From positions 59,830,001 to 59,894,000 of the forward strand of contig OX597828.1 of the NCBI GenBank assembly GCA_951406725.2: a stretch of DNA of 64,000 nt. The letters are read 5' to 3'. Shown one piece after another: positions 62,660-64,000 of this stretch. Source of the stretch: Octopus vulgaris (lineage: Eukaryota). A model generated the notes under the pieces. It was not told the origin of the DNA. It saw nothing but the letters and a program-made list of their open reading frames with translations, and did no database searches. Both the position numbers and the translations under genes were made by a program. Each line of letters begins with the position of its first letter. Position 1 is the first letter of the stretch.

Positions 62660-64000
62660 CCCTTTCATTACTAACCCAGCCATAGCAAGCCGAAAAATAT
62701 TTTGGTTCATAAGACAAACCCAGCCGTAGCCGGCCAAGAGAACCCATTGTTATTTAAATGTAAATTTGAACCCAAATCTCGTTGGTACATTCATTAAAAC
62801 ACGTGATTTCACTTTGCTAACAGCTGAGTTGCATCCAACATTCTTTGGCATGATATTTGAACTCAGTGAATTTTGGAAGATTTTTTTCTACATTTTTATC
62901 AGCAGTAATTTTTTTCAACTTTCAAAATTGAGAGGAGTTTGATGCTATCAAGCAGTGATTTCAAATTTGAAGGCTTTTCAAATAAAGATATGGAGATTTC
63001 GAGGAGAAGAATGAATGAAGTGCAAAAGCATGTGGTGGACGAAAATGAATCGGATATTTCTGTTTTCGAAACCGAAAGCAGCGATTCTGAAGAAACGGAA
63101 AGCAGTGACATCAACAGCGAGGATAATTTTACACCAGAATGGAGTAATAGGTTCAAAAAAGTTTTTATTAACAATTTTTCTGAGGAGACAGGGTCTACCC
63201 ATAGTCTTTCTCAGGAAGTGAAACCATAAGACTTTTACTTTTTATTTTTTCCAGCATGCTTGTTTGAAGCAATCCCTATGGAAACAAACCGTTACGCAGA
63301 ATGCAAATAATCTGGAAAAAAAGATGGCTTGTGCTTCCCTACAACTGTAGATGAAATATGGGCATTTTTTTCCAGAAATATTATTATGGGTGGAGCAATC
63401 AGGAACCTTTTGGTAATCACTATGTTTCCAGTATTATGACCCAAATACGATTTGTGAAACCGAACCAGTATTTACATTTGAGATACACTAGCAGTACCCC
63501 AGTACATGGAGAACCAAACTTTGATCCCTTATTTAAAATAAGACACCTCATCAACTGCGTTCAAAATGCATATGAAACATTTTACAACCCTGGGGGATAC
63601 TTATATGTCGATGAGGGAATGGTGGGGTATAAAGGAAGGGTACCCTTCTGACAGTATATGCCAGGAAAGCCCACGAAATGGGGGATCAAAGTTTAGAAAA
63701 TATGTGAAGCAAATACTGGGTACTGCTGTGGATTTAGCTTCTATACGGAGAAAAGAGACAATAATGTTAGTTAGCACGGCTTAGGGTACTATGTGGTCTG
63801 GAATTTATCTCTTCCATACCATAACCAGGGCCGTATATTATTTTTTGACTGATTTTTTAGTTCGGTCAAACTTGTGGTGGATTTAGAAGCTGTGGCAACG
63901 TATACATATGCTACAGTAATTGCTAGTAGAAAGGGGCTGCCGTTGGATATAAAAAAAGCAAAATTAAAAGAATGAGGTGAAATAATCCAACGACAGAAAG
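62660..64000 (+). mobile_element. piggyBac (PGBD4-like) transposon, degenerate, runs off the window
   Basis: TTAA at 62656-62659 then CCCTTT TIR; acidic N-terminus; DPLFKIR, VDEGMVGYKGR, YMPGKPTKWGIK, FFD.FFSS. Confidence 0.9.

Overview
AT-rich, repeat-dense eukaryotic DNA; the SINE/RTE repertoire points to an octopod cephalopod such as Octopus (inference). Host genes: (1) the 3' part of a USP24-like deubiquitinase on + (11 exons, 522-17607) ending in a Thr/Ser-rich tail, with one splice-phase inconsistency; (2) five internal exons of an MTMR10/11/12-like pseudophosphatase on - (58927 down to 27816) that run into a 100-N assembly gap; (3) one orphan neprilysin (M13 peptidase)-like exon on - (22034-22180). 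A 3.3-kb CpG-rich 5/10/15-mer satellite abuts the gap. The rest is transposable-element debris: several RTE LINEs carrying a PHD finger inside the RT region, a HERO-like and an R4-like RLE retroelement, hAT/Charlie, mariner, Tc2-like, piggyBac and Helitron elements, many tRNA-derived SINEs and Penelope-type hammerhead remnants. Most interesting unexplained signals: a compact pseudoknotted RNA structure 3' of the HERO-like ORF, a complete minimal hammerhead, a perfect 26-bp intronic hairpin, and the USP24 frame anomaly. Family assignments rest on recalled motifs, not database searches.
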